In this document: positions 1 through 12,662 of the stretch, one piece after another
How the letters are laid out: each line of letters begins with the position of its first letter
How positions within the stretch are numbered: position 1 is the stretch's first letter
Source: Octopus vulgaris
Lineage: Eukaryota
DNA length: 64,000 nt
Assembly (NCBI GenBank): GCA_951406725.2
Contig: OX597843.1
Location: 15,252,001 to 15,316,000 of the forward strand
Reading direction: 5' to 3'
Position numbers and translations under genes: made by a program
The notes under the pieces: model-generated
What the model was told of the DNA's origin: nothing
Database searches by the model: none
Seen by the model: only the letters and a program-made list of their open reading frames with translations

Positions 1-104
1 ATATATAGACAGATGCATATGGGAGAAGTCGGTACATTAATTCAATAAAATAAAATAATGCAATACAATGTCATTATATTATATTTTCATAATTGTACTT
101 TATA

Positions 105-232
105 ATCTCTGACAAGGCCTAGAGATATATATATATAAGTAACTCATTTTTAACTGCATATTACCTCAATACATCTGACTAATATAGGCACAATTAGATA
201 CCTTTATCTACAGGCTGAAACAGCTGTAAGAT
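105..232 (+). ncRNA. Type-I hammerhead ribozyme-like motif (Penelope-type), core mutated
   Basis: ATCT-CTGACAA (G>A change from CUGANGA)-GGCCT...AGGCT-GAAA-CAGCTG-TA-AGAT; homologous to the copy at 1545-1680. Confidence 0.6.
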
Positions 233-413
233 CCATTTTATATGTATTATTTTTATGGTATTATCTTACTTATTGATGCATATTGTTTTATTCTGTCTTA
301 TTCTGTTGGATTTGGATGTTCCTATTTAATGAATTAGTTGATAAATAAGATGAATTGGTATTATCTGGAAGTTGATGACTGATAGAAATCTGTTCCTCCA
401 TTTTCTTATTTTG

Positions 414-454
<41 letters not shown>

Positions 455-707
455 TGTATGGATTGTGGATTGTTTATCTTGTATTGTAATATTTGATATA
501 TTAGAATCTATTATAGTATGTATTGTCAAGTGAAGATTTCTATAAATATAATAATATTGTTATTATTGATAAATATAATAATAATAATATTAACAATTGT
601 TTATGTAGTCATGAGCATAGACGTGTTTATGTGTTCAAGTATATATGTATAAACCAAACCAAACCAAATCAAAATAGATGAACATCAATGGAATTTGTAT
701 CCTTGTG

Positions 708-1310
708 GTACCAGTGCCGGTGGCACATAAGAAAACCATCTGAACGGGACCGTAGCCAGTACCGCAAACACCGTCCGAGCATGGCCGTCTGCCAGCCTCG
801 TCTGGCACCTGTGTCGGTGGCACATAAAAACACCATCCGAGCGTGGCCGTCTGCCAGCCTCGTCTGGCACCTGTGTCGGTGGCACATAAAAACACCATCC
901 GAGCGTGGCCGTCTGCCAGCCTCGTCTGGCACCTGTGTTCGGTGGCACATAAAAACACCATCCGAGCGTGGCCGTCTGCCAGCCTCGTCTGGCACCTGTG
1001 TCGGTGGCACATAAAAACACCATCCGAGCGTGGCCGTCTGCCAGCCTCGTCTGGCACCTGTGTCGGTGGCACATAAAAACACCATCCGAGCGTGGCCGTC
1101 TGCCAGCCTCGTCTGGCACCTGTGTCGGTGGCACATAAAAACACCCACTACACTCTCGGAGTGGTTGGCGTTTAGGCAGGGCATCCAGCTGTAGAAACAC
1201 TGCCAGATCTGACTGGCCTGGTGCTGCCTTCGGGCTCCCCAGACCCCAGTTGAACCGTCCAACCCATGCTAGCATGGAAAGCGGACGTTAAACGACGATG
1301 ATGATGATGA
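708..1310 (+). mobile_element. RTE 3'-UTR-derived retroposon with ~6 x 62-bp internal tandem repeat and (GAT)n tail
   Basis: GGTTGGCGTT(T)AGG(C/A)AGGGCATCCAGC motif, ends ...GGACGTTAAACGACGATGATG; same 3' end as the RTE at 1919-4152. Confidence 0.8.
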
Positions 1311-1544
1311 TATATATATATATATATATGTATATGACGAATGGTCTATTTACTTGGACCTATTGTTTAATTGTGTTTATTTATGTACTTTTACATATAT
1401 AAAAGTATATACACTCTGCTTATGTATGTATATGTGTATATATGTATATGTATAATTCTATATGGATATTTGTTCATATTTTTATATATATTTAATTATA
1501 CGTGTATCCTGTTTCACGTATTAATATTTTGGGAGTTCTTTATA

Positions 1545-1680
1545 ATCTCTGACGAGGCCTATGGTTAAATAAAAAAGTACCCTATATTTAAATGCCTACA
1601 ACCTCAATATAATTGAAAACTATAGGCAATAAAAAATTTTTTTAAATACTTTTAACCATAGGCTGAAACAGCTGTAAGAT
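1545..1680 (+). ncRNA. Type-I hammerhead ribozyme (Penelope-type) with extended helix II
   Basis: Helix I ATCT/AGAT; core CTGACGA (1549-1555); helix II GGCCTATGGTTAAA/TTTAACCATAGGCT; GAAA (1665-1668); palindromic helix III ACAGCTGT; GUA cleavage triplet. Confidence 0.75.
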
Positions 1681-1918
1681 GTGAGTTTAATGATTTCAAT
1701 AATTTATATTATGATTTTTATAATTTGCATTCTTATCTTATATGGATTGAATTATAAGGTATATGTGTATGGCATTGAGGTTCTCATTTTGTTAAATGAA
1801 TAAATAATTCAACATTATAATATCCGAAAGTTGATGAACAAACTAAATTTGTTTCTCCATTTTCTTATTTGTATCGTATATATATATTATGATTGTCCCC
1901 TTTTTCTCAAACACTATA

Positions 1919-4152
1919 TCATCATCATCATCGTTTAACGTCCGTTCTCCATGCTAGCATGGGTTGGACGGTTCGACCGGGGATCTGGGAAGCCAGAAGG
2001 CTGCACCAGGCTCCAGTCTTATCTGGCAATGTTTCTACAGCTGGATGCCCTTCCTAACGCCAACCACTCCGTGAGTGTTGTGGGTGCTTTTTATGTGCCA
2101 CCCACACAGGTGCCAGGCGAGGCTGGCATCGGCCATGGTCGGATTGGTGCAATTTACGTGCCACCGGCACGGAAGCCAGTCAGCCAGTCGAGCCACGAGT
2201 CGGATAGTGCTTTTTACGTACCACCAGTCCAGGGGTCCTGGCATCTGCCGGGTGCCAGTCATAGGATTGGTTCAATTTCGATTTCACTTGCCCCAACATG
2301 TCTTCGTAAGCAAAGGGGGTTGGCATGGGTGCCTGTCGTTGGATGAGGTTCTATATCGACTTCGCTTGCCTCAACAGGTCTTTGTGTGTCCAAGGGAGGA
2401 AAGGCATGCATAAGTGGGCTGGGCTCACTTGTCCTGCCTGGTCTTCTCACGTACAGCATATTTCCAAAGGTCTCGGTTGCTGGTCATTTCCTCAGTGAGG
2501 CCTAAAGTTCGAAGGTCGTGCTTCACCACCTCGTCCCAGGTTTTCCTGGGTCTACCTCTTCCACGGGTTCCCTCAACAGCTAGGGATTGGCACTTTCTCA
2601 CACACCTATCTTCATCCATTCTCGCCACATGACCATACCAGCGCAATCGTCTCTCTTGCACACCACAACTGATGCTTCTTAGGTCCAACATTTCTCTCAA
2701 GGTACTAACGCTCTGTCGAGTATGTACACTGACATTACACATCCATCGGAGCATACTGGCTTCATTTCTTGCGAGCTTACGCATATCCTCAGCAGTCACT
2801 GCCTATGTTTCACTGCCATGTAGCATGGCTGTTCGTGCACATGCATCATACAGTCTGCCTTTTACTCTGAGCGAGAGGCCTTTAGTCACCAGCAGAGGTA
2901 AGAGCTCCCTAAACTTTGCCCAGGCTATTCTTATTCTAGCAGTTACACTTTCAGCGCACCCACCCCCACTACTGACTTGGTCACCTAGATAACGGAAGCT
3001 ATCAACTACTTCTAGTTTTTCCCCCTGGTAAGTGACGGAAGTTGTTTTCTGCAGATTTTCGGAGGTTAATGCTCCCGAGCATCTGCCACATACAAAAACT
3101 ATCATCCCAGTTAGCCTACCTTTGACATTGCTGCACCTCTTATGTGTCCATAGCTTACACTGGGTACATCTTATAGAGTTTCTACCTACACCTTTTCTAC
3201 AGATCGAGCAGGGCCATCTACCTGAAGGCGTTTGTGATTTGTCTACCTTCCTACTTATTACGACTTTGGTTTTAGCTAGATTGACTCTAAGGCCCTTCGA
3301 TTCTAAACCTTGCTTCCACACCTGAAACTTCTCCTCCAGTTCTGATAGTGACTCAGCATAGAGGAGCTCCCAGGGCATCCTGTCATGAATTCCTCCGTTA
3401 TTGCCTGGAGGACTATGATAAATAGGAGGGGGCTGAGGACTGAACCTTGGTGGACCCCTACCTCTACCCAGAATTCTTCACTGTACTCGTTGCCAACCCT
3501 CACCTTACTAGCAGCGTCCCTATACATGGCTTGCACAGCCCTCACCAGCCATTCATCTATCCCTAGTTTCCTCATTGACCACCAGATAAGGGATCGGGGG
3601 ACCCTATCAAAGGCTTTCTCCATGTCAACGAAAGCCAGGTACAGGGGCTTATCTTTGGCTAGGTATTTCTCCTGCAGCTGCCTTACCAGGAATATAGCAT
3701 CAGTGGTACTTTTCCCTGGCACGAACCCAAACTGCATCTCATCCAAACTGACTCTCTCTCTCTAATTAGTTGGGCTATGACCCTCTCCGTAACCTTCATT
3801 ACTTGATCCAACAGCTTGATACCCCTGTAGTTATTTGTATCTAGGGCATCACCTTTACCTTTGTATCAGTTGACTAGTATGCTGCTACACCAGTCATTGG
3901 GTATGACTCCTTCGTGTATCACCTGGTTGACTATACGGGTGACTAGGTTATAGCCGACACTGCCAGATATTTTGAGCATCTCTGCAGTAATTCCTGATGG
4001 GCCTGGGGCTTTCCCTGTCTTCATGCTTCTAATTGCTTTAACTACCAAAGAATTTTCAACTCGGATGGCTGGTCCCTCTGTTGGGTTGACATTCGGCAGA
4101 CTCTCTTTATCCCATTCATTTTCTTTATTCAGCAACCTTTCATAGTGGCATC
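1919..4152 (-). mobile_element. 5'-truncated RTE-clade LINE, RT pseudogene
   Basis: Frameshifted ORFs with GKAPGPSG, QFGFVPGKST, FVDMEKAFDRV, GVHQGSVLSPLLF, FRYLG, RLRWYGHV, GRGRPRKTW. The YADD motif reads LLYA-ESL (catalytic DD deleted). 3' UTR ends in a (GAT)n tail at 1919. Confidence 0.92.
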
Positions 4153-4164
4153 TATATATATATA

Positions 4165-4460
4165 CTCTTTTACTCTTTTACTTGTTTCAGTCATTTGACT
4201 GCAGCCATGCTGGAGCACTGCCTTTAATCGAGCAACTCGACCCCGGGACTTATTCTTTCATAAGCCCAGTACTTATTCTATCGGTCTCTTTTGCCGAACC
4301 GCTAAGTAACGGGGACATAAACACACCAGCATCGGTTGTCAAGCAATGCTAGGGGAACAAACACAGACACACAAACACACACGCATATATGTATATATAT
4401 ATATACATATACATATATACGACGGGCTTCTTTCAGTTTCCGTCTACCAAATCCACTCAC
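4165..4460 (-). mobile_element. Octopus tRNA-derived SINE family A, partial
   Basis: Matches the 3' two-thirds of the full copy at 11753-12151. Confidence 0.8.
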
Positions 4461-4865
4461 TGATGATGATGATGATATACATACATATACATATATATAC
4501 GAAAGCAAAGACAGAGGGTTGTTAGATCAGCATTCACTATTTTCCTCTCATTCTGCTCTAATGACCCTCCATGTTTGCTTTCATTCAGTTTCCTTCTATG
4601 TTTCCACTGTCATGTTTTTTCTTCCCAAATTTGATCCTCCATAAATCCTAAATTTTATTTCAGAAATTATGGGAGCAACTGTCTTTGAAGACTCATATTG
4701 TCGTTGAATGCTCGAAATGAGGAGTAGACAGACAGACAGACAGACAACTGATGGAGGCTCCGTTCTCTGTGTTTACTTGACCTGCTTTTACATTGTTTCT
4801 TTCTCTCATTGTTTATGTATTTCATGCTGTTCAAACCTTTGGTGACATCCTGTACCTATATATGC

Positions 4866-4907
4866 ATGTGTGTGTGTGTGTGCGTGCGCGTGTGTGCGTG
4901 CGCGCGC

Positions 4908-4982
<75 letters not shown>

Positions 4983-5062
4983 TGTGTGTGTGCGTGTGTG
5001 TGTGTGCGCGTGTGTGTGTGCGTGTGCGTGAGTGTGTGTGCGTGCGTGTGTGTGTGTGTGTT
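4866..5062. repeat. (TG)n/(CG) microsatellite
   Basis: Direct observation. Confidence 0.95.
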
Positions 5063-5531
5063 TGCCACAACCACCACCCACCCCCGCCACCGCTTGACAA
5101 CCTGTGTTGGTGTATTTGCGTCCTTGTGACTTCGCAGTTCGGCAATAGCGAATGACAGAATACGTACCAGACTTGAAAAATTAATGAAATAAAGAACAAA
5201 GAATAATCAAGTACTAGGGTCGATTTATTCGACTTTAAAAATAAATTCTTCGAGGTGGTGCCCCAGCATGGCCGCAGTCTGATGACAGAAACAAGTAAAA
5301 GATAACAACGCCATCTTTAAACGTCGGAGGCTGCGACGTGCTTCGTCTCCTCCTCCTCCTCCTCCTCCCCAGCTTTAGCAATCCTCCTCCCACCACGTTA
5401 TTAGTAACCGACTCGCACCTCCTACGTCAGTCTTACTTTATTTCTCTCTCTCTCTCTCTCTCCCTATCCCTCCCGTTCTTGTACTTTTAACTGCTACCCC
5501 TTATTTAAACTTGTCTCCCTCGCTTTGAGAC

Positions 5532-5562
<31 letters not shown>

Positions 5563-5764
5563 AAGAACGAGAGAAAGAACGAGAGAAAGATGGAGAGAGA
5601 GAGAGAGTTGTAAACAAAGTTTGTTCTCCTATTCGGATTGGTTGGTAACGAGTTCGCTCGCTTATGTCACTTTTCTGCTTCCATATTATTTAATGATTCC
5701 CACAAACACTCTCACGTTCAAATGCCGACACGCGCACGGGCACGCGCACCCTCACCTATTCATG

Positions 5765-5863
<99 letters not shown>

Positions 5864-5950
5864 TTATTTATATATATATTTATATATATATATATTTATA
5901 TATATACATATATATATATATATACATATATAATGTATGTATGTATATGT

Positions 5951-6445
5951 ATTAGGTTGGTGCGTAATTATTACAGCTTTTGGCGATCTTTCGTCTCTAG
6001 TAGACCTTTCCGTCGATTTCCGTAAAACTTTTTTTTTCTTTTACATATGGGCTTGCGGGAACTAAGAGAAAGCGATTGTATGACGAGGGAAGTTCTTTTC
6101 AAGTTACCGTGCACACCCCATCAAACACACACACATGTACATCAATGCTTCACATGCACGGTAACTTCAAAAGAACTTCCCTCGTCATACAATCGCTTTC
6201 TCTTAGTCTCTTTCGCTCTCATTACTTCAAAAGTTCCCGCAAGCCCATGTGTAAAAAGAAAAAGAAGTTTTTTACGGAAATCGACGGAAATGTCTACTGG
6301 AGACGAAAGATCGCCCAGCTTTTTTTTCAGTAAATTTTATTCAAGAAAAACAAAAACATTTAACAGAAACATTTCAAAACGATTCTTCTGACCGTCTGCC
6401 AAGCAAATGGGAAGAAGTAATTGAAGTGAATGGTGAATACCCTCC
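5951..6445 (+). mobile_element. Mariner-like element remnant
   Basis: TIR-like start TATTAGGTTGGTGCGTAATTATT and transposase C-terminus-like RLPSKWEEVIEVNGEY at ~6390-6440; interrupted by a MITE. Confidence 0.6.
5982..6315. mobile_element. Merlin-like MITE
   Basis: TIRs GGCGATCTTTCGTCTC.../...GAGACGAAAGATCGCC; 8-bp TSD CAGCTTTT on both sides. Confidence 0.75.
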
Positions 6446-6765
6446 GATGTTTTTGTTACGTGTTGTTATTGTTTTTGTTGAAACTCTGCCAGATCAGATT
6501 GGAGTCTGGTTCGCCAGACCTCGGTCAAATCGTCCAACCCATGCTGAGCATGGAAAGCAGACGTAAAATGACGATGACGATGATATACATACATACATAC
6601 ACATATTTGCATTAGCGGTTCGGCAAAAGAGACCGATAGAATAAGTACTGGGCTTACAAAGAACAAGTCCCAGGGTCGATTTGCTCGACTAAAGGCGGTG
6701 CTCCAGCATGGCCGCAGTCAAATGATTGAAACAAGCAAAAGAGTAAAAGAGTATATATATATATA

Positions 6766-7151
6766 TCTCTCTCTATATAAACGGCAGTTTGTCTGTGCGT
6801 GTTTCTGTGTGTCTGTTTTCTCGTACCCTCACCCTGACCACGGCTTTCAACCGATTCTGATGAAACTTGACACACACATAGCCCAATGTCATAATTCAAA
6901 ACTAACGCAGCGAAAATTTTTAAAAGTTCCCCCAGTTCTGAAAAAAATCGATAAATTCGACATGGGGTCGAGAATCAGGAACACAAACCACAAACTGTGT
7001 AGGGGACGCAACTCCACATTTTTTAACTATCAAAAAAAAAATTTACCATCATTTTTTTCCATATTTTTGCTATTTTTTGGCTATAACTCTCTAAAAATGA
7101 TTTATAGTTATTTCCCTTACAAACCCGAGCAACGCCGGGCGATACTGCTAG
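6766..7151 (+). mobile_element. Non-autonomous Helitron-like element
   Basis: A|TC 5' end, subterminal hairpin CCCGAGCAACGCCGGG, CTAG|T 3' end, no TSD; related copies at 51006 and 52112. Confidence 0.75.
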
Positions 7152-7429
7152 TATATATATATACACACACACATTCACATAATTATGTGCATCGCTGTAA
7201 ACATTGTTTTTTATTCTTTTATTTGTTTCAATCTTTGTATCGCGGCCATGCTAGAGCACCACGTTAAGTGTTCAGCTGATAAAATCACCTTCGTATCACC
7301 ACACACACACACACATGTGTGTTTTATTTTAAGCGAGAGGACTACACCAATATCTGTCATCTGATTCAGCCTAGTTTCTACGGCTGGATCATCAATCATC
7401 AATCATCATCAATCATCAATCATCATCAA

Positions 7430-7625
7430 TCATCATCGTTTAACGTCCGCTTTCCATGCTAGCATGGGTTGGATGGTTCAACAGGGGTCTGGGAAGCCAG
7501 GAGGCTGCCCCAGACTCCAGTCTGACCTGGCAGTGTTTCTACGGCTGGATGCCCTTCCTAACGCCAACCACTCCGTGAGTGTAGTGGGTGCTTTTTACGT
7601 GCCACTGGCACAGGGGCCAGATGTG
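7430..7625 (-). mobile_element. RTE 3'-end fragment
   Basis: Same sequence as 1919-2110. Confidence 0.75.
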
Positions 7626-8936
7626 CCAACCACTTTACTGAGTGTACTGGGTGCTTTATTTTGGCATGAGATCAGCACCAGCAAAGTTACCAAGGAACTT
7701 GCTAGACTGAAATCCCCTTTGGCTAAGTAGGGGCTTCAAGATCTTACAGGCCCAAAGACTGGACCGTGCTCCATTGTCTGCTTGAGCAGGGTCTCCATGG
7801 CTGGTGGATGCCCTCCTTAACACTCCCCACTCAAAGATTGTCCAGGATGCCTTTCACATGCTAACAGCATCATTTGTGTTGCCAAGTAACTCATGAGGCA
7901 CAACCCTCTCAGCTGGGTTAGGGTTTAGTGTTGAGGGTTGTGGATTTGTGCCAGGGGATGAGAGGTTTAAAACTCGAGTAGGATAAAGGTCACCTCAGTT
8001 GGGAAAGAGAAGGGAAAAGATGGTGAAAGTGTGTCAGGGTGTTTGAGAAGGGTAGGGGGAACAGTTGAGTACAAAAAGACTGAGGGAGAGAGGCAGACAG
8101 ATGGAGAAAGAGAGAGCGGGGAGAAAGAGAGAGAGGGGGGAGAAAGAGAGAGAGGGGGGAGAAAGAGAGAGAGAAGATACTGGGCAGCTTTAGAAGCTGA
8201 CCAAGAGAGAGAGAGAGAGAGGTGATGGTGGATGACCTAAGTAATTGGTTCCCCAAAAACTGACCCAAAACCCTTCACTGAAAAATGTCAAAACTTAAAT
8301 GAATCTTACTGTAAACCATCTTATGCTAAGCAGTAATCCATTTCTATTTCTACTTCAGTTTAATCTCCTTTTTACATATCCCATAATCTCCCTTTATCTT
8401 CCATAATCTTTCATTATCTTCCACCTTACACATCAATACACTGTTTTCACACAGTTTTGTTTTAATATATTATTATTGGTGTCATTGTGAGAGAGTGGCA
8501 CATGCCATCAAGGTGACACTGGGGCACAAATATACAAAACCTAATCTGCCCATCATGGTGACCCATCTGATAAGATTATACCAGGCACGTGCATCACAAC
8601 CATATGTGGTAATCTTGTATCAAGATAAACAGTGCCTGGCCTTGTAGGTGAGGCTCAGCTAGAATTTACATGAGTTGGCAGAAGTGTTAGCACACCAGGC
8701 AACATTTCATCTGTCCTTGCGTTCTGAGTTCAAATTCCATTGAGGTTGGCTTTGCCTTTCATCCTTTCAGGGTTGATAAAATAAGTACCAGTCATGTACT
8801 GGGGTTGATGTAATCAATTATACTCCTCTCCCAAAATTTCAGGTCTTAAACTTATAGCAAACAGGATTATTATTATTATTATTATTATTATTTCTCTTTA
8901 TCACAGGTTTTGTTGGAACTCCTGGAGTCTTGCATA

Positions 8937-9063
8937 GCAGCCAATGGTACCTGCAGCCAATGGTACCTGCAGCCAATGGTACCTGCAGCCAATGGTACCT
9001 GCAGCCAATGGTACCTGCAGCCAATGGTACCTGCAGCCAATGGTACCTGCAGCCAATGGTACC
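8937..9063. repeat. 16-bp minisatellite GCAGCCAATGGTACCT x ~8
   Basis: Direct observation, in the 3' region of the Dong element. Confidence 0.95.
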
Positions 9064-10081
9064 ATGCTATTTGTTCAATTCAGATATTTAATACTTTGCT
9101 GATTATTCCAGCCATGCCAAGGAGGCAAACCTTTTGTAACAGTTCTACAGGGCACTCTTTTCCAATTTCTTTGACATTCCCCCCTTGATGCCTTCTGATC
9201 CTGTCCCCAAGGACCCAACAATAATTGGCGCTGTCTTCACCTTCTTCATTTTCCATAGCCGGACTATTTCATGCTTAAGCTGATTACATTCAGCTCTGTC
9301 TTGAGTACTGCCCTTAACCTGAGATAATATTCTCTTCTGATCCTTTCCCTCATTACTGAATGCTTGATTCCATCACCTTCAATTGCCCCTAGGTATTTGT
9401 AGCTCTCTGCTGGTTCTAACTCCTTTATGACATTCTGCTGGTTAAGATTAGCATTGGATGTTTCTGTCATTTTCCCTTTGATAAAGTAGCTTTTGCACAT
9501 TTATTGAGGCCAGATTGCATTCTGATATCATCAACTGAATTGTTTAGCAATTGCTAGTAAGCCCTGTAGTTGTTGGTCATTTTTTTCAAAGAGCTTTAAA
9601 TCATCCATGTAAAAGAGAGGATTTATATTTTTATCAAGCATTTTACAGCCGTATTGTACATCATCGAGCAATTTCGAGGAGTGGTGATAGAGAGTCACCC
9701 TGAAAAACGCCACATGAAATTCTTACATCTCCAGCATTTAGAGATTCACTGTTCAAAGCCAGTGTGGTTCTCCATGATTTCATACTTACAGACAAAAAGT
9801 TTCACAGAGTAGGGGCTATCTTATACATTTCCAGACATTTCTTTATCCAGCTATGTGGCAAACTATCAGTAGTTTTTTATAGTTAATCCAGGCTATCGAC
9901 AAGTTTTTGTGTCGTTTGTGACAATCTTCCAAGATCCTCTTATTGATGAATTACTGATCTTTATAACCATAGGACCCACGTTTACACCCTTCTTCCTCTT
10001 TAGGGAATATGCTGCTTTCTATTAAAACACTATAGGTGTATTCAGTCAAGACAGATGTTAATATTTTATGTATTATTGTTA

Positions 10082-10585
10082 AATAATAATAATAATAATA
10101 ATAATTGTGTACTGTGCTCAGGTGCACTACAACTCATCTAAAGTGTATATATAATCAGGTGTAGTTTCGGCAGATTTCGGAAAGCATGAGGGCCTTAAAG
10201 GATGCAGTATCATGGCAGTCAACAACTGACGCAGGCAGTTTGTTCCATGCTTCAGCAACTCTGAGCGTGAAAAAATGTTTCCGAAAGTCATGGGAGCTGT
10301 GTTGTTTTCTGACTTTGTAGGCATGTCCATGTGTGTTAGACACATGGAGATCAAAAAGGTGTTCAGTGTTGTTGTTGGTGAGGTGGTTGATAACTTTGTG
10401 GGTGTTTACCAAGTCCATCGCCAGACGCTGGAGCTTCAGTGAATCCATGCCCAGGGAAGCAAGGCGCTCAGAATATGGTAGGTGTCTGATGGAGGGTATG
10501 CGTTTGGTTGTACGTCTCTGGACAGATTCCAGGAGGTCAATGTTCTGAGCAAGATAGGGGTTCCAAACTGATGATACGAATTCCA
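10082..10585 (-). mobile_element. CR1/L2-group LINE 3' fragment nested in the Dong element
   Basis: VWNPYLAQNIDLLESVQRRTTK...YSERLASLG...FFTLRVAEAWNKLP; (ATT)n tail; splits the Dong NYxP..TIIHKILT motif. Confidence 0.85.
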
Positions 10586-11232
10586 TGGGTCCATAATTTT
10601 GTGGTTCATTTGTTTCTTCATTTTTTGGAAGTAGGAATGTTACACCATTAACTAGCCAAGAGGAAACCATACTAGGTTGTTGCAAAGTTTTGTTAGCAGT
10701 TCATGATTCTCTGGGAAGGCATTCAACCAGAAGTTAGGAATTTTATCCTTTCTTGGAGACTTCCATTTGCTTGACTTCCTGGGAGTAGATCTTACATCCT
10801 CTACCTTGACACCCTCCCACTTTTGCTCTTCTAAGGAGTCTAAGTCTGTAAATATTCAGTCAATCCAAGGAACCTTTTCATTGTGTGTTTTTTCTTCTTC
10901 CCAAATGTCATTCCAAAATTCCTGCACTTCTTCTTTTGATGGGACACACTTTACTGAAACTCATATTTTCCCTATCTTCCTGTAAAAACTTTTGGAATAA
11001 TTTTTTAACATGCTGTCCTTAAAGACTTGAACACACTTTACATACCTTGCTATGCAGGCAGCTTTACCACATGCATTTTGCTTGAGAGTTTCTATGGTGG
11101 AATTGAAGGTTTTCATATATTTTTTTCTTTAATTTTCGGATTTTTGTTGGTTTGATAGTCTTGTCAAACTTAAGGTTTTTTAAACATTCTATGTCAGACA
11201 TAAGGAGCTGAATTTGGTGTCTGATTATTATA

Positions 11233-11305
<73 letters not shown>

Positions 11306-11316
11306 TTATTATTATT

Positions 11317-11661
<345 letters not shown>

Positions 11662-11752
11662 ATTATTATTATTATTATTAATTATTATTATTATCATTAT
11701 TATTATTATCATTATTATTATTATGCTTGACTTTTGCTTTGTATGTGTACTA

Positions 11753-12151
11753 GGCGCAGGAGTGGCTGTGTGGTAAGTAGCTTGCTTACCAACCACATGG
11801 TTCCGGGTTCAGTCCCACTGCGTGGCACCTTAGGCAAGTGTCTTCTACTATAGCCTCGGGCCGACCAAAGCCTTGTGAGTGGATTTGGTAGATGGAAACT
11901 GAAAGAAGCCCGTCGTATATATGTATATGTGTGTGTGTGTTTGTGTGTCTGTGTTTATCCCCCTAGCATTGCTTGACAACCGATGCTGGTGTGTTTACGT
12001 CCCCGTCACTTAGCGGTTCGGCAAAAGAGACCGATAGAATAAGTACTGGGCTTACAAAGAATAAGTCCCGTGGTCGATTTGCTCGACTAAAGGCGGTGCT
12101 CCAGCATGGCCGCAGTCAAATGACTGAAACAAGTAAAAGAGTAAAAGAGTA
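11753..12151 (+). mobile_element. Octopus tRNA-derived SINE family A, full length
   Basis: tRNA-like head GGCGCAGGAGTGGCTGTGTGG...GGTTCAGTCCC, internal (TA/TG)n, tail (GTAAAAGA)n; more than 15 copies in the window. Confidence 0.88.
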
Positions 12152-12662
12152 GTTGACTCCAAGTCTCAACTCAAGAGACAAGTTAAAAGTTCAAGTTGGC
12201 GTTAGGATTAGGGTCCCATAATTAGGGTCCCATAATTAGGGTCCCTTGCACAAAGAATTGTTCTAGAAAATGTCTGTCAAAACTTAAGGAAATTGGAATT
12301 TTGTTTTAAAAGTAATTTGATTATAAGATGATAACAGTAAAAGGCGTTTGCCATTATGTACATTTAAAAGTATTTTGACACTGTTTACAGATTAGAATGT
12401 TTTGGGGATCACACAGACAATATTTTTCATTCTTCTTCTTCTTCTCCTTCTCCTCCTCCTCCTTCTCCTTCTTCTTCTTCTTCTTCTTGTTCTTCTTCCC
12501 CATCACCATCACCATCATCATCATCATAATTATGGTGGCCAGCAGGCAGAATCATTAGTTTGTTGAGCGAAATGCTTAGCAGTATTTCATCTGTTTCCAC
12601 GTTCTGAGTTCAAATGCCACCAGGGTCAACTTTGCCTTTAATCATTTCGGGGTCGATATAAT

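Larger units (their letters stand above)
8880..11220 (-). mobile_element. Degenerate R4/Dong-clade non-LTR retrotransposon
   Basis: LFYMDDLKLF RT motif, ESYKYLG, RREYYLRLRAVLKTELN, REL-domain-like C-terminus; both ends abut (TAA)n. Confidence 0.8.

Noticed and set aside
635-1275. Overlapping 170-200 aa repetitive ORFs
   Set aside because: Translations of the 62-bp tandem repeat in an RTE 3'-UTR element; open in several frames with no protein motifs
11753-11825. tRNA-like heads of SINEs as tRNA genes
   Set aside because: No complete cloverleaf, and they continue into multi-copy SINE bodies
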